A stretch of DNA of 58,521 nucleotides from Klebsormidium nitens (Eukaryota > Plantae > Klebsormidiophyceae), in contig DF237506.1 in NCBI GenBank assembly GCA_000708835.1, positions 1-58,521 of the forward strand, read 5' to 3'. Positions within the stretch are counted from its first letter, which is position 1. Every line of letters begins with the position of its first letter. Positions 1 to 11,135 of this stretch are shown here, in pieces. The notes beneath the pieces were generated by a model. That model had not been told where the DNA came from. It saw only the letters and a program-made list of their open reading frames with translations, and ran no database searches. Both the position numbers and the translations under genes were made by a program.

Positions 1-69
1 AAAAGCTTCGCATGGTTTCCGCACATGTGAAGTAGACAGGCAGCGTGTGACCCTGTCCAACCGTCACAG

Positions 70-557
70 CGGAGCAGCGTTATGCAGCCGCACAGTATGA
101 GCTGGGCATGCGCTACAATCAAGGCGAGGGCGTGGACGAGGTCTACTCCAAGGCCGTGGAGTGGTACAGGAAGGCCGCCGAGCAGGGATATGTGGTCGCA
201 CAGTACGAGCTGGGCATGCACTACTACAAAGGGGAGGGTATCGGCAGGGATTTCTACAAAGCCGTGGAGTGGTTGAGGACGGCCGCCGAGCAGGGGTATG
301 CGGTCGCACAATACGAGCTGGGCATGCGCTTCTATAAAGGCGAGGGCGTCGGCAAGGACTTCTCGAAGGCCATGGAATGGTACCAGAAGGCCTCCGAGCA
401 GGAGTGCCACAATGCTACAGTTGCAATGGAACTGTTGGCCAAGGTGGTGGTGGCGAATCGAGTGCAGATAAAGATGGGTTTGTTTCGGGGCATTTCCGTT
501 GTTGGGTTGTTCGTCCTTATTTCCCTCATAAAGATGGAATCAGAGCAAGAGAAGTGA
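70..557 (+). CDS. Sel1/TPR-like repeat protein with a C-terminal hydrophobic segment (3' part; 5' end probably upstream or spliced)
   Basis: Sel1 consensus units (AQYELGMxYYKGEGVxxDxxKAVEWYRKAAEQG) recur with a 108-nt period (gcacagta[t/c]gagctgggcatgc near 90, 198, 306). The tail GLFRGISVVGLFVLISLI is hydrophobic. In-frame stops upstream and a cacAG at 65-69 suggest an exon start at 70. Confidence 0.85.
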
Positions 558-587
558 ATCACGGCGGGCGCGGGTTTAGGGCTTTGT

Positions 588-827
588 TTGGGGATTATAA
601 GGTTATTCATAGGAGTAGATGGGTTTTGGGCTAAAGGGTTGTGCGGCCATTTCTTTTTCACGTTGATGTATTTCGGCATGTCTATCGTTCTACTTTTGCC
701 GATTTTGTGTTGTGGACCGTGTGTCATAGGTATCCCCATTGTTCTTATTGCGACAACTTTTCAGAAAATGTATTTAATCATAGTACAGATACTAGTGATA
801 ATCTCAAAGAAACTAAAATTAAGTTAG
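588..827 (+). CDS. Possible small intronless membrane protein (hypothetical)
   Basis: 79-aa ORF, very hydrophobic (FFFTLMYFGMSIVLLLPILCCGPCVIGIPIVLIA), starting 30 nt after the Sel1 stop in AT-richer DNA. No recognisable family. Confidence 0.25.
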   Translation: MGIIRLFIGVDGFWAKGLCGHFFFTLMYFGMSIVLLLPILCCGPCVIGIPIVLIATTFQKMYLIIVQILVIISKKLKLS

Positions 828-1154
828 TGGGGAGGGGTTCATTTCAACATTCGAGCAATGTTGACGTTTGAGGTGCCGTAGCACTTACATCTAACATTGA
901 GTTGGCTTGGACAACGCACTGCATTATTTATCGATGTTGTTGTCTTGTCTCAGAATGGCGATAAGTCATCCAACAGATCAAGATGCCCCAGATCCCCCAC
1001 CCCGTCATCATAATCTAAGAACATATCTGACTTTATCTGTCGTGGCTAACCTGGCAAATCTGAAAGCTCCGCATGTTGAGAGATATGCGCTACAGGAAGA
1101 TGAAGCCGGCAGCCATGAAGGTGCGCCTCTTGGAGCTCGAACGTGATTTGGAAG

Positions 1155-1495
1155 TGTTATTACATGAGTCGGTAGTCTCTCTTAACTATCTATCGAACTA
1201 TCTTGAATATTTTGACACTATGCATCAGGTATGTAGACTACGCTAAGTCACCCTCATATTACTAGTGTCGTCACGATGATTCGGAGGTATCGAGACCCAA
1301 CTCTAACCTCCGAGTCAATAACATGCGCGACGCGTGTGCGCTTAACCCCAAAATACTGCGGTGTACGGTGGACCTTATGTTTTTGACTTCTACTCAACCA
1401 AATCACTCAATTAAACGCTCTTGTGAAGCTCACGCTACATTTGATTGGGGGAGGTATGTTTGGCGTTTAATTAGATTGATTGTCACAATCTAACA
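1155..1495 (-). repeat. Candidate 3' LTR (about 340 bp) of the Copia relic
   Basis: Bounded by TGTTA (1155) and TAACA (1491-1495). On the minus strand it is preceded by a PPT-like gcgtgggcgag directly before TG, about 120 nt after the pol stop. No second LTR is present to confirm the distal boundary. Confidence 0.45.
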
Positions 1496-2812
1496 CTCGC
1501 CCACGCATATGATTTTATTTCTATACATCTGAAATCAGATAACACCACACAACACGTTCGTTTGTATATATGCATATATTTCAGAATGCTGTTCCTCACG
1601 CTACGTTGCAATATCCTATTGCACTGACATCTCCCTACACGTTTTTAAATTCTTCGGCTTGAGCGTCTTTGTCAAAGCGTCCGCCACCATTTGCGCCGCT
1701 GGAATGTAGTCAAAGCGCAATTCGCCTCACGCTCTTCTCTTTTGCAAAAAGTGAGGCATAATGTCAATACATGCTTTGATCGCCGAGAAGCATTAGGATG
1801 CTTCAGCAAACCGAGTGCCCCTTGGTTATCTCCGCACATTTGGACCGCTCATTCCCAAATCTTCGCGTGTACACAATTTGCGCAACCATACGCCTTCTTT
1901 GCGGCACTCGCAGCACTCATATACTCCGCCTCCTCCGTAAATGCCGCCACCGTCAATTGCAGCCGACTCGACCAACTCACTGCGCTCCCGTAAATCAAGA
2001 AGACGTACCCCGTCGTGCTTCGCCTGCTGTCGACGTCTCCCGCATAATCCGCATCACAATAACCAACGAGCGTCTCTTGCTCCCCTCAAAGCTTACTCCG
2101 TCATTCACCCCCCCGCAAGAAAGCGCACCACCCCAAGTGCCGTCCGCCAATGATCTTCCGTTGGGTTAGCCATGTATCGTGCTAGCGCTCCGACGGCTTG
2201 TGGAATGCCCGGCCTCGTGCACACGCTCAAGTAGAGCAAGCTCCCAATCAGCTCGCTATAGGGAAGCTTGTCCGTCTTAAGAGGCTCCCCGTCCCTCATC
2301 AACTTCTCCCCCGCTCCCAGAGGCACACTCCAAGTCCTTGCTTCCGTCATCCCAAAGCTCTCGACAACCTCTCGGGTCAAATTCTTTTGCGTGAGCTTGA
2401 CGGTCCGCGCCATTCGATCTCAGGTCAAGTCCATCCCCAAGAAAAACTCGGCTTCTCCCAAGTCCCGCACGTCGAATTTCGACGCAAGATGCCTCTTCAC
2501 CTTCGCCAAGTGCGGCTACCCCGACGCCGCAATCAAAATGTCATCAACCCACAGGAGAACCCACACCCGCTCTCCGTCCACCACTGCGGAGAACAAAGCG
2601 GCATCACTCTTTGACGCCGTGAAGCCCAACTCACCGAGCACCTCCTTCAGCCGTTGATGCCAAGCGCGTGGTGCTTGCCGCAATCCGTAAAGCGCTTTTG
2701 AAGGCGACATACCGTCTCGGGTCCCCCATGCTCGTACCCCTCCGGTTGTTGCATGTATATCACCTCCTCCAATCCCCATTGAGGAACGCCGTATGTAGCT
2801 CGAGGTCCCGCG
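1155..2812 (-). mobile_element. Degenerate Ty1/Copia LTR retrotransposon, 3' part only (RT, RNase H, probable 3' LTR)
   Basis: Minus-strand fragments in shifting frames: [111 protein letters not shown]. Pol stop at about 1616. Several frameshifts. Confidence 0.92.
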
Positions 2813-3149
2813 CCGCTTAAACACATATCCGGGATCAATCACTTGCAGGAGGTAAGTTATAGCCCGTACCGGATACACCCCAAAGGTATTACATAAGTGC
2901 TGATTGATGCACCGCACGCCATAGAACCTGGCCAAATACACCCTCTCCTCGGGGTATGGGTCCTCATCCATTGCCAGCTCATTCTTGCTTGCTCCTTCTA
3001 TGCTCTCTTCGTTTGCCTCCACCCTGCTCCCGGCCGCAGCATTCAAGAAAAGCAGAATGCCATGCTCCTGAACATACGCTCGCAAACGCTCTGAATGATC
3101 GACCAGCCCTGCAGCCCAGGAGAGGGTGGCATGCATCTCAGGCTTCCGG

Positions 3150-3400
3150 AGGAGGCAGGTCGACAGAGAGCTCTTTGGGTATGAATGACTCGATCCTATG
3201 CCGGCGCATTACAAAATGAACAATCTTCTCAGCATTACGGGCATTGAGACGGCCATAACCGTATCAATCTCGAGGAAACCTTCGAAGCGCTGTACGACGT
3301 ACGTCACGGGGTCACTCCTCGTCGTGAAACCAATCTTACTGACATTGACACAGAACAATGATCGTCCAACATAGATGAATCCACTTATGTCAGCTTCCAT
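3150..3400 (-). pseudogene. T5orf172/MUG113-like (GIY-YIG-related) domain gene relic
   Basis: MEADISGFIYVGRSLFCVNVSKIGFTTRSDP, then after a frameshift NARNAEKIVHFVMRRHRIESFIPKE. This matches the G-x-I-Y...KIG-x-T...AE-x-x-x-H...R...E pattern of the family. Confidence 0.6.
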
Positions 3401-5588
3401 TTCGCAAACCTAACATTCGTAACATAACAATTTTCTTAAGTTCGTCTCACTTGGTAGCCGGACAGTTTGGCCTAGGCCAGAATTCAAGTGTTTCGGGCGT
3501 CGGGGGGACATGGGACTCACTTGAGCTGCAGTGTTCGTTGGGAAATGATGATCATGCAGCTCTGTTCTCGTATGATTTATTCCTGCTCTGTCCCATAAAG
3601 TTGCTTGTTCTGCCTCCTCCTCTTCAGCTCCTGGAGTGTCTGCCCCTCTCTCCTGCAGTGCCAAGGTGCTGGCAACGATTTTGGCATAAGAGCTCCAGTT
3701 GCAGGATGAAGCTTCGTGCCATACCATTACCAGCATGTGGCAATAAGCCGGCTGAAGCAGGGAACCCTTACTATGTCGATCCTGTGTGTCTGTCGGGGCG
3801 CAATCATGCATTTGCTGAAGTCAACAAAGTCTTCCTGGCTATCCCCCTCAAACCCCTGAGCGTTGTCCCAGACTTCATCCCAGTCTTGATCCCCAGAAGA
3901 GGAGTCCTGGTTACACAAAATTTCATGCGTGTGTTTGCCAACCGCTTGGCTGTCCTCAGCCCTGCTTGCGAGTCACGGGGAACATGGTGCTAATAAAAGT
4001 GCTTGTCTTATCTGTGCCTTTTTGTCCACTTTTTTAGCGGGAGGTTCGGGCTCGACTGATATACTCATCACCAGATGTTGCAAACACTCTACACGGGGCA
4101 TTTGGCGCCTTTTATTGCCATAAAGTGCCCAGTGGAACACGGTGCCACCAACTAGATGCGACATTTTCGCATGAAGCTGCGGGTAATTACAAAATGATTG
4201 CACGCGTGCGAACAAAGTATGCGCGCGCACAGCGCGTGGAGGAGGTGCAGCGCAAACCTTCAGGATGACAGGTGAGCAGGCACGTGGCAGCCCTTTGTGA
4301 CCACTTCCGGGAGGGTCGGGACCCAGTTCCGAGTCATTCATGGCCGGTGCGGACCATCCCGGGCAAATGTGCCGCGGGTACGTACCTATTATGAGTAACG
4401 GTCCCGACATGCATGGGGCGCAGGATACTTAGGGATTTGGTGGCCGGGGACGTCACCAAGTCTCTAAAGTTCGACGATAAGCTGCCTTACTTAGGGATAA
4501 GGGTGCGGCGTCGGCCTTCATGTCCCTAAGTTCGGTCGGGGCACCTTCTAGGTCACCGCAGCGACGCCCGGTTTAGGCATTGCTTTCGATTTCGAAAGAA
4601 TTGTTCCTAAGGTCAGCGGTGCCCCCTAAGGTGGTGGCGGATACCCGTTTGGCGCGGGCCGCGAACTTAAAATCACCCCTGAACATTCATACATGCATAG
4701 CGGTTGCAAACGGCCGTTCATTTGATAAGGTGTACGTGGTGACAAGCCTGTTTATCACGAATCTTGACGTGAGCCGTCTTGAAAGCATACAATCCCGTCG
4801 TTTGTGAAAATAATCAAACAAGTGAGAAAGCCAGCCCGCACATGCCCATGTAAAGGCTCGGGAATGCTAGATTCAATGGTGGTGACTAACATTGCGGCCG
4901 GCAACCCTTGATATCCTTCATGCATAAGGAACTCGTCGGCATATGGGATACAATAGAACGTGAGAAAGATGACACATTGCCGGGAGAGGGCGTCCAATTT
5001 TTTTTTGTAGTACCGTCTACATTCATACATTTCTAGTCCGACCTGGGCGCATAGTAATTTTGGTACAAATGGCAAGTGCGACAGTGTGCTCAACTAATAC
5101 CGTGAATCGAAACTCTGCCGGAGCAATACCAATCGCGAAACTCTGCTTGAGCAACTTTTCTCCTTTTTGTGGCATGCCGCGCAGGTTCGACAACCACCGC
5201 TTTTCAAAATGGACGCCACACGAGCAGAATCGTTGCACCACTGAAAATCGCTGTCCGCCGCTGACGTCGCGAGGGACTGGTCTCCCGACGCCAGTGACTC
5301 TCTAAGCCGTTCATTATGTAGCTTGTCAATAATGACTGAAGCATCGACCTCACAGGATCGACCTTGTAGACCAGATCCTCTCTCAGATCACGTTGATTAG
5401 CAAGTACTTCACAGTAAAACTCTTGTGACCTTGTCTCTTGACAATGTAGCCGCTGCCCTACATCTAGACTCGCGCTTGATGCGCTTCTCTTCCCCTCAAA
5501 GTTGGAAAAAATTTTCTCCGTCGCCCTCTCCTCCTACCTTTTCGAGCATGCACCACACAATGCCTACGTTATTTTGAAACAGAGCTTA

Positions 5589-6859
5589 CTATACTCCCCC
5601 TGCCGCCATTACGTGCTGCATGGCTACCTGCATAGGCACGACAGGAAACCATACTATTACGTCAGCAATCCTAGAGAAAGCCAATAACATGATAAAACTT
5701 CCTGTTGAAACGTGAAGGTCTGAGAGTCACAGCAACGGATTTTTGACAACTCCGATCATTACGTAAAACTCCGAAGGCGCCGGGCTACTAGGGGCTACTC
5801 CTACCTTGGCGTCTTCGCGGACGGTTTCGAGGTCCGCTCGCTGGGCTTTGACCGCCAACTCCAGCAGGGCGAGCCGCCACTGCCGCACTTGCCCCTCCAA
5901 AGCCAGTATCTGCAAAAGAGGCAACGGAGGTGAATCTGCTCAACCCTCAGTCTCGGCCCTGTCCTCGCCTCGTTCCACCACGGCAGCACGCCGGCACCGC
6001 ATGTTTCTCCTTCCCCCCTCCCACGCTGCCTCACCTTCCCCTCGGCCTCCGTACACACTGCCTGGAACGCGGCTGCTTGCGCGGGCGTGAATTCGGTGGT
6101 CCTCTCCAGCGCCGCATGCGCGGCCGCCCGCTCGACGGCCTTCTGGCGGCCCTCATCCACGGTGCGCTGCACGCCGGGGGGCAGCCCGTCCGCGCTTAAA
6201 GGGCCGGGGCCCGCCCCGCGCACCGCCATGTTGGCGTCCTGCCACGCACCAGCCGCACGGGTGAACAACCAGGGCGCACCCGCTACCCGCGGAACACCTT
6301 TCTCCGTCAACCAGCGGGGGGCATTTCAAAAATTGGATACGTGGCACTAAGCGGCCGGGGGCTGTCCACGACAATGCTCCGGCTTTCAGGTGCAATGCAT
6401 ACAGATGAACAGGGATTGTCCCCTCCTGAAGACTTTGCCATGGAGACGTTTCAGCCAAAGGATTTTGAACCCATAACGATGCCTGCCGCAAAGATTGAGG
6501 CCCCCAGGACGATGTCAACGAAAGGCCCCCATGTTGATGTCAACGTCACTTCTGTTTTGAGGAGGCGTTTGACGTGTGGTCCCGGCTCACAGACAGTGAT
6601 GCGCTTGACCAAGCACAGGTGCCTTGTCAGCCCTGCTCGAATACTGATTGCACGAGTGTTGACTGCCGACCTGTTCTTTTTCCAGTCGCGAGAGATGATC
6701 TTCGGACGGCATGGACCACGCCACGGTGGCCTCCTGCCGCTCCCACTCGGGCGGCGGGGTGCGGCTGCGCACGCGCATCCCCGCACCATGCCGGCCGCGG
6801 CCGTTGGGGGAGGGGGACGACGCGTCGGGGAAGGCGAGCGAGCGCAGTGGGCGGCGCAT
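5589..6859 (-). CDS. Hypothetical coiled-coil protein, 4 exons (about 178 aa)
   Basis: Exons 6859-6671, 6238-6035, 5909-5805, 5627-5589. All have GT/AG boundaries, all introns are phase 0, and the frame is continuous (..EDHLSRLEKEQ|DANMAV..EAEGK|ILALEGQVRQWRLALLELAVKAQRADLETVREDAK|VAMQHVMAAGGV*). A cAG just before the ATG allows an extra upstream exon. Confidence 0.6.
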
Positions 6860-7319
6860 GGCCTGCGGGCGGGAACACGAGGGAGAGCGGCGTGGGCCGG
6901 ATGTGTTTGCGATGCAAGGCCGTGCACTGTGACGGCGGCACGTCCGTTCGGCAAAGTGGGAGGTATACAAGTCGACTGGCCATATCAACCAGCCGCTCTT
7001 GATAAGACCCGAAATCAAAACTGATCCCAAGGTCCCCTTCTGACGAATCAAAACGTCCAGGACTTCTGGCGACCAAGAGCTCCTTTGGAACCCATGTAAC
7101 AAGCTCTCGTGTCTGTCATCACAAGATCAAGACGAGAGGCAACCCGGCAGAACTTAACACTGAAGTACCTGTTCCTTGTAATCTGGCAGCTCGGGCAGAT
7201 CGTCTATCATTTGCATGAGGAGTAAGTCAAAAAAAAATGTGCACATCAGCTTCGACAATCGCGCATTCATTTGCCGCCACCTCAGGTTGCAAGTCTATCG
7301 TTCACAGAGGACCTTGTTT

Positions 7320-10300
7320 TCAAGACCAGGCCCGGCGCGGCGGGTGTACCGAGGGCGTGACGGGCACGACGGCGTCGAAGGAGCGGAAGTCGACTGCGCG
7401 GCGGCCGGACGGCTGGCGGGTGACCATGGTGGAGAAGCAGCAGTTGAGCTTGATGTCCGACGGCCGGTACGACGCGCGCGCCTGCAGCTTCGCGCTCGTG
7501 CTCGCGTCCACGCCCTGCACACACGCCGCACACACGCACCATGAGGAAAAGGAAGCAGCAGGCGGACGGTGGGCGGCAGGGCACGCTGCACGGTGTCCAA
7601 TCTGCACAGTGGTCCGAGCCCGAGTAATACAGTCGGGGCGGGCGCAATGAGAGTACGGCTTCTGAGACGGGCAGAGGGACCGCAGAGGTGGGGGGGGGGG
7701 CAGTCCTGGAAGTCACGGTGGGGCGGCAGGGCGGGGCGTACCTCGAGGAGGACCAGAATCTCCATGTCGCACTGCTCCATCATCTGGACAGCCGCAGGGC
7801 AGGCGTCAGGCATCGCGGCAATGAGAGCTGGGCAAGGGAGCGGACAGGAGAGCCAGCGCAGCATGCAGGCGGCCGCACGGTAGACCCGCGATGCAGCACA
7901 AGAGGGCCGTGCTGGCGGTCCGGGCGAGTACCTCGAAGGTGAGGCCGTAGAGCGGGGAGGACGGCGTGATGGGGTGCGCCACGATGGCCGGCAGGCCCAG
8001 GAACACCTGCCCGCCGCCCAGCACCTGCGGCACCCCGCACCCAGGGTCACGCGAAGGGGGGCGGAGACGGAACGAGACAGACGCTCAATCCCAGCATCCG
8101 TCGACTGCGCTCCAACGGAACGGCAAGGCTTTGAATTCGTCTATTTTGGATGGATCCTTCATAGGGAGTCCAACAGGCGCTCTCGTGCTGTGTGCAAGTG
8201 GACACGGTCCAAGCAGATAAGAGAAAATGAGACAAGGGCGCTGGCCCGTACCGGCAGGGTGGTGAAGCGGAATACGCTTTCGTCCTCCGCTGCATATGGT
8301 CGGTTGATGGCCACCAGCATGCGCACGTGTGCCTGCGCCAGGCAGGGCCGCACGAGCCGTCAGAAAAGACAAGACGCGTACACAGTACGTTGAAGGGCGT
8401 CAAGGAGCAACAGATGTCACCGCCGAGCAAAGCGTGTAGCAGCGCCGACACCGCAGTCGAGGCGAGCCTCGTGTTCGCCCACCTCGATGATCTGGTGCTT
8501 GCGGATGTTGCCCACGCGCAGCGCCAGGCACGGCACGCCGTCCTCCTGCGGCCAGCCCACGTACAGAGCGGTCAGAAGTGAGGCCTCGCAAATATCGCGT
8601 GTACATGAGAAAGGACTCCCAGCAAAACATCGGGGCCCAGCCAGGCTCTCTACGGAGCCAGCACATCGTGACTCCGAGCACAGGCGTACAAGAAGCATCA
8701 CGCACAACGTAAGGTCTGGCTCGCTGCGGGCGCCCGCTCACCTCGTATAGGACCATGTTGCGGCTGAAGCGGAGCGTCCCTGCGCGCTTGGCGGGGCGGG
8801 AGAAGCGGGCGTACACGACGCCGAGCAGGCTGTAGTTGACCAGCAACGTGATGACGCCCTGGGGAAGCAGCAGCGAGACCAGGCAGGGCGGACTCAGATT
8901 ATCGCAGGATAAGCTAATAACCCCACCTGCCACTTATCAATGACCCGCGCTTCGTCTGAAGCTTACCGCCGTATCTGCCACTACAACCCTTGAAGCCTCT
9001 CCTCCCATCTCACGATTACACGCGGGTTGTCAACCTTTTTCGCATTGATGTTCTTGCCATCACTCACGTTGAGATACAGAAATCCTACAAAACGGTGCAC
9101 GCTCGACAAGACCACTGAAGAGATGGAGGCAAGAGCTTCGAGAGTCCGAGAGAGTTGTCCGACCTCAAGCGCCACCAAGAAGTTGCTCATCCTGCAGCCA
9201 GCACTCCAGTGTCAGCGCCAGGTCTGGCAGCAAGTCCAGGGGGAACGCACTGGCAGGAGGGTCCAGACAGGGTCCCCGCAGGGGGGCAGACTGTGCGATC
9301 AAGGCATGAAATAGAGCAAACGGGCTCGCGACCAGAAGGAACGCAACAGGCCTGGAGGACAGACTGCGGGCTACACGAACTTACTTGCAGTCCGGATTGG
9401 GCACCATCTCGCCTCCAAAACCTGCAAAAATTGCACGATGCCATCAACGAAGTGTTGCAGGGGCAAAAAAACGATGCCTAGTGTAGCTACAGAAGAGGAC
9501 GGTTTGGCGACTACTTGAGATCAGGACGGGCTTGTGATGCGGGACGAGATGGTACCACAGGCGGCGCTGCCACCTCCGGGTGCTCACCGATGGTCAGCGC
9601 AGACTGCACGCTGAACCAGATGGCGTGCAGGAAGGAGCGGACGCCCGGGATGCAGCGGTTGTGACGAGCCTGCACAGTCAGCAGGGCGGGCTGTCAGTGG
9701 CACAGCGCCACGGCACAAGAAAAACGTGGTTGGGACAAGGAAGTGACGAGCAGCTGACAGCCACAGTGTCCAAGGCGGAGGTAGGGTAGTGGCCCTGATG
9801 TTCACGGCAACAACAGGGAGGGTCGATCAGAAGGACGTCCCCGTGAAACAAAGCCTGCCACAGGACGAGGCGTCTCTCCAACAACGTCTTGCATGCCGTC
9901 TAACAGGACACGCCACTGACCCCCAGCAGGAAGTACGGTTGAAACCAACCGGCAAGCTGCGACATCTGATCAACTATGGGACCCGCTATCTTGTGTTGGC
10001 AGGACTACACGACTCAACACGAATATTCAAAGCTCCAGTCACTGTAGAGCAAGGCTGGACCAACAGCTGGCTTCTTGTGTTGGAAAGTACAGACGCGTCC
10101 TGTGACTCATCTTTGATTTTTATTGTTTCCTGCCAGAATCTCATCCCTTCCAACTTTCCCTGTTTGCTTCCTTAAACGGGATCTAAGACTGATAGTCTAC
10201 GAACTTTCCGGACACGGTTGTGCACTTTGTTCTGGGGCCATTCGCTTCTTCCCCTAGAGCGCTCTTCTCTAGGGAATTTAATGCCTTCCCTCATGATGAC

Positions 10301-11135
10301 ATAAGGATTTTTCAGAGCTTTGATTCCATGGCAATGACAGTCTCACAATCCTGCCAGATCAATACCTTACAGGGCTCGCAATTTGGAAGTTGAACGTTGA
10401 ATCTTGCCAAGGAGAGCCAGAGGACAGTTTACAAATCCTCCACAAACGAGGTTTTGGCACTTCTTCCCCTTAGAGACAGTGATCTCAACTTTCTGACTCC
10501 TTAGTAGACTGTGATTGTTGGAAGCTTTCAAATCTTCATTGGAAACTCCAACTTTCGAGCGCCGGCAGGCCCAGCTCACGTCGATGTAGAAGGGGATGGC
10601 GAAGACGACAAAGAGCAGGAAGTAGACGGCAAAGAGGAGTGCGGTGAAGCGCCAGTTCTTGAGGTTGACCAGCGTGTGGAACAGGTCGTTGTAGTACAGG
10701 AAGCCCTTGGGGAAGCCGGTCATCTCCACATTCATGCGGCCCCTGCCACACACCAAGGCACAGTCAACCAGGGGGGCCAGGACAGACAGCGCTGGGCAGC
10801 ACCGCCAGGACAGCGCTGGCGCCACCCCCAGGGCGGATACAGCATCATCGCCCAAACAATTTGCAATGCAGTGGTGGTGGTGGTGGGTTAGGGTCATAAT
10901 GTACAGGCGATCAGCAGCCCCCCCAGGGTGGTGCGCCAGCATGGACAGCGGGGAGCACTGGCGCTGCTCACTTGTGATCCACCAGTGGCAGCTTCTTCCC
11001 CCTGGAGCCGGACGCAACGCCCAGGTTGTTGAAGCTGCCGTAAGGAGTGGGGGAGCTGGACAGCAGGGGCGACTGCAGCTGGCCCCATCGGCTGCGCTCG
11101 CTGGATGAACCCGGGTCTGTAAAGGAGCCAGGCAT
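7320..11135 (-). CDS. Inward-rectifier potassium channel (Kir/IRK family), 11 exons, 354 aa
   Basis: Exons 11135-10972, 10742-10580, 9669-9588, 9421-9385, 9191-9164, 8858-8742, 8545-8483, 8332-8252, 8024-7932, 7783-7742, 7514-7320. All GT-AG and phase-consistent. Motifs: LVDHKGRMNV, DLFHTLVNLKNWRF (slide helix/TM1), SFLHAIWFSVQSALTIGFG (pore), LLGVVYARFSRP..LRFS, DGVPCLALRVGNIRK, HPITPSSPLY, EILVLLEGVD, QARASY, VDFRSF. Confidence 0.93.

Noticed and set aside
2516-3136. 206-aa ORF as a functional chimeric protein
   Set aside because: It joins unrelated upstream sequence to a frameshifted piece of Copia RT. The open frame looks fortuitous within decayed DNA.
3451-3993. 180-aa ORF and its antisense fragments
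   Set aside because: No recognisable domain, no splice support and no codon-bias signal.
4427-4531. TTAGGG as an interstitial telomere
   Set aside because: Isolated single hexamers in both orientations, not a tandem array.
4860-5030. Weak His-Cys-box homing endonuclease look (CHLSH..C..GRN) on the minus strand
   Set aside because: Key Cys/His residues are missing and several stops surround it. Too weak to call.
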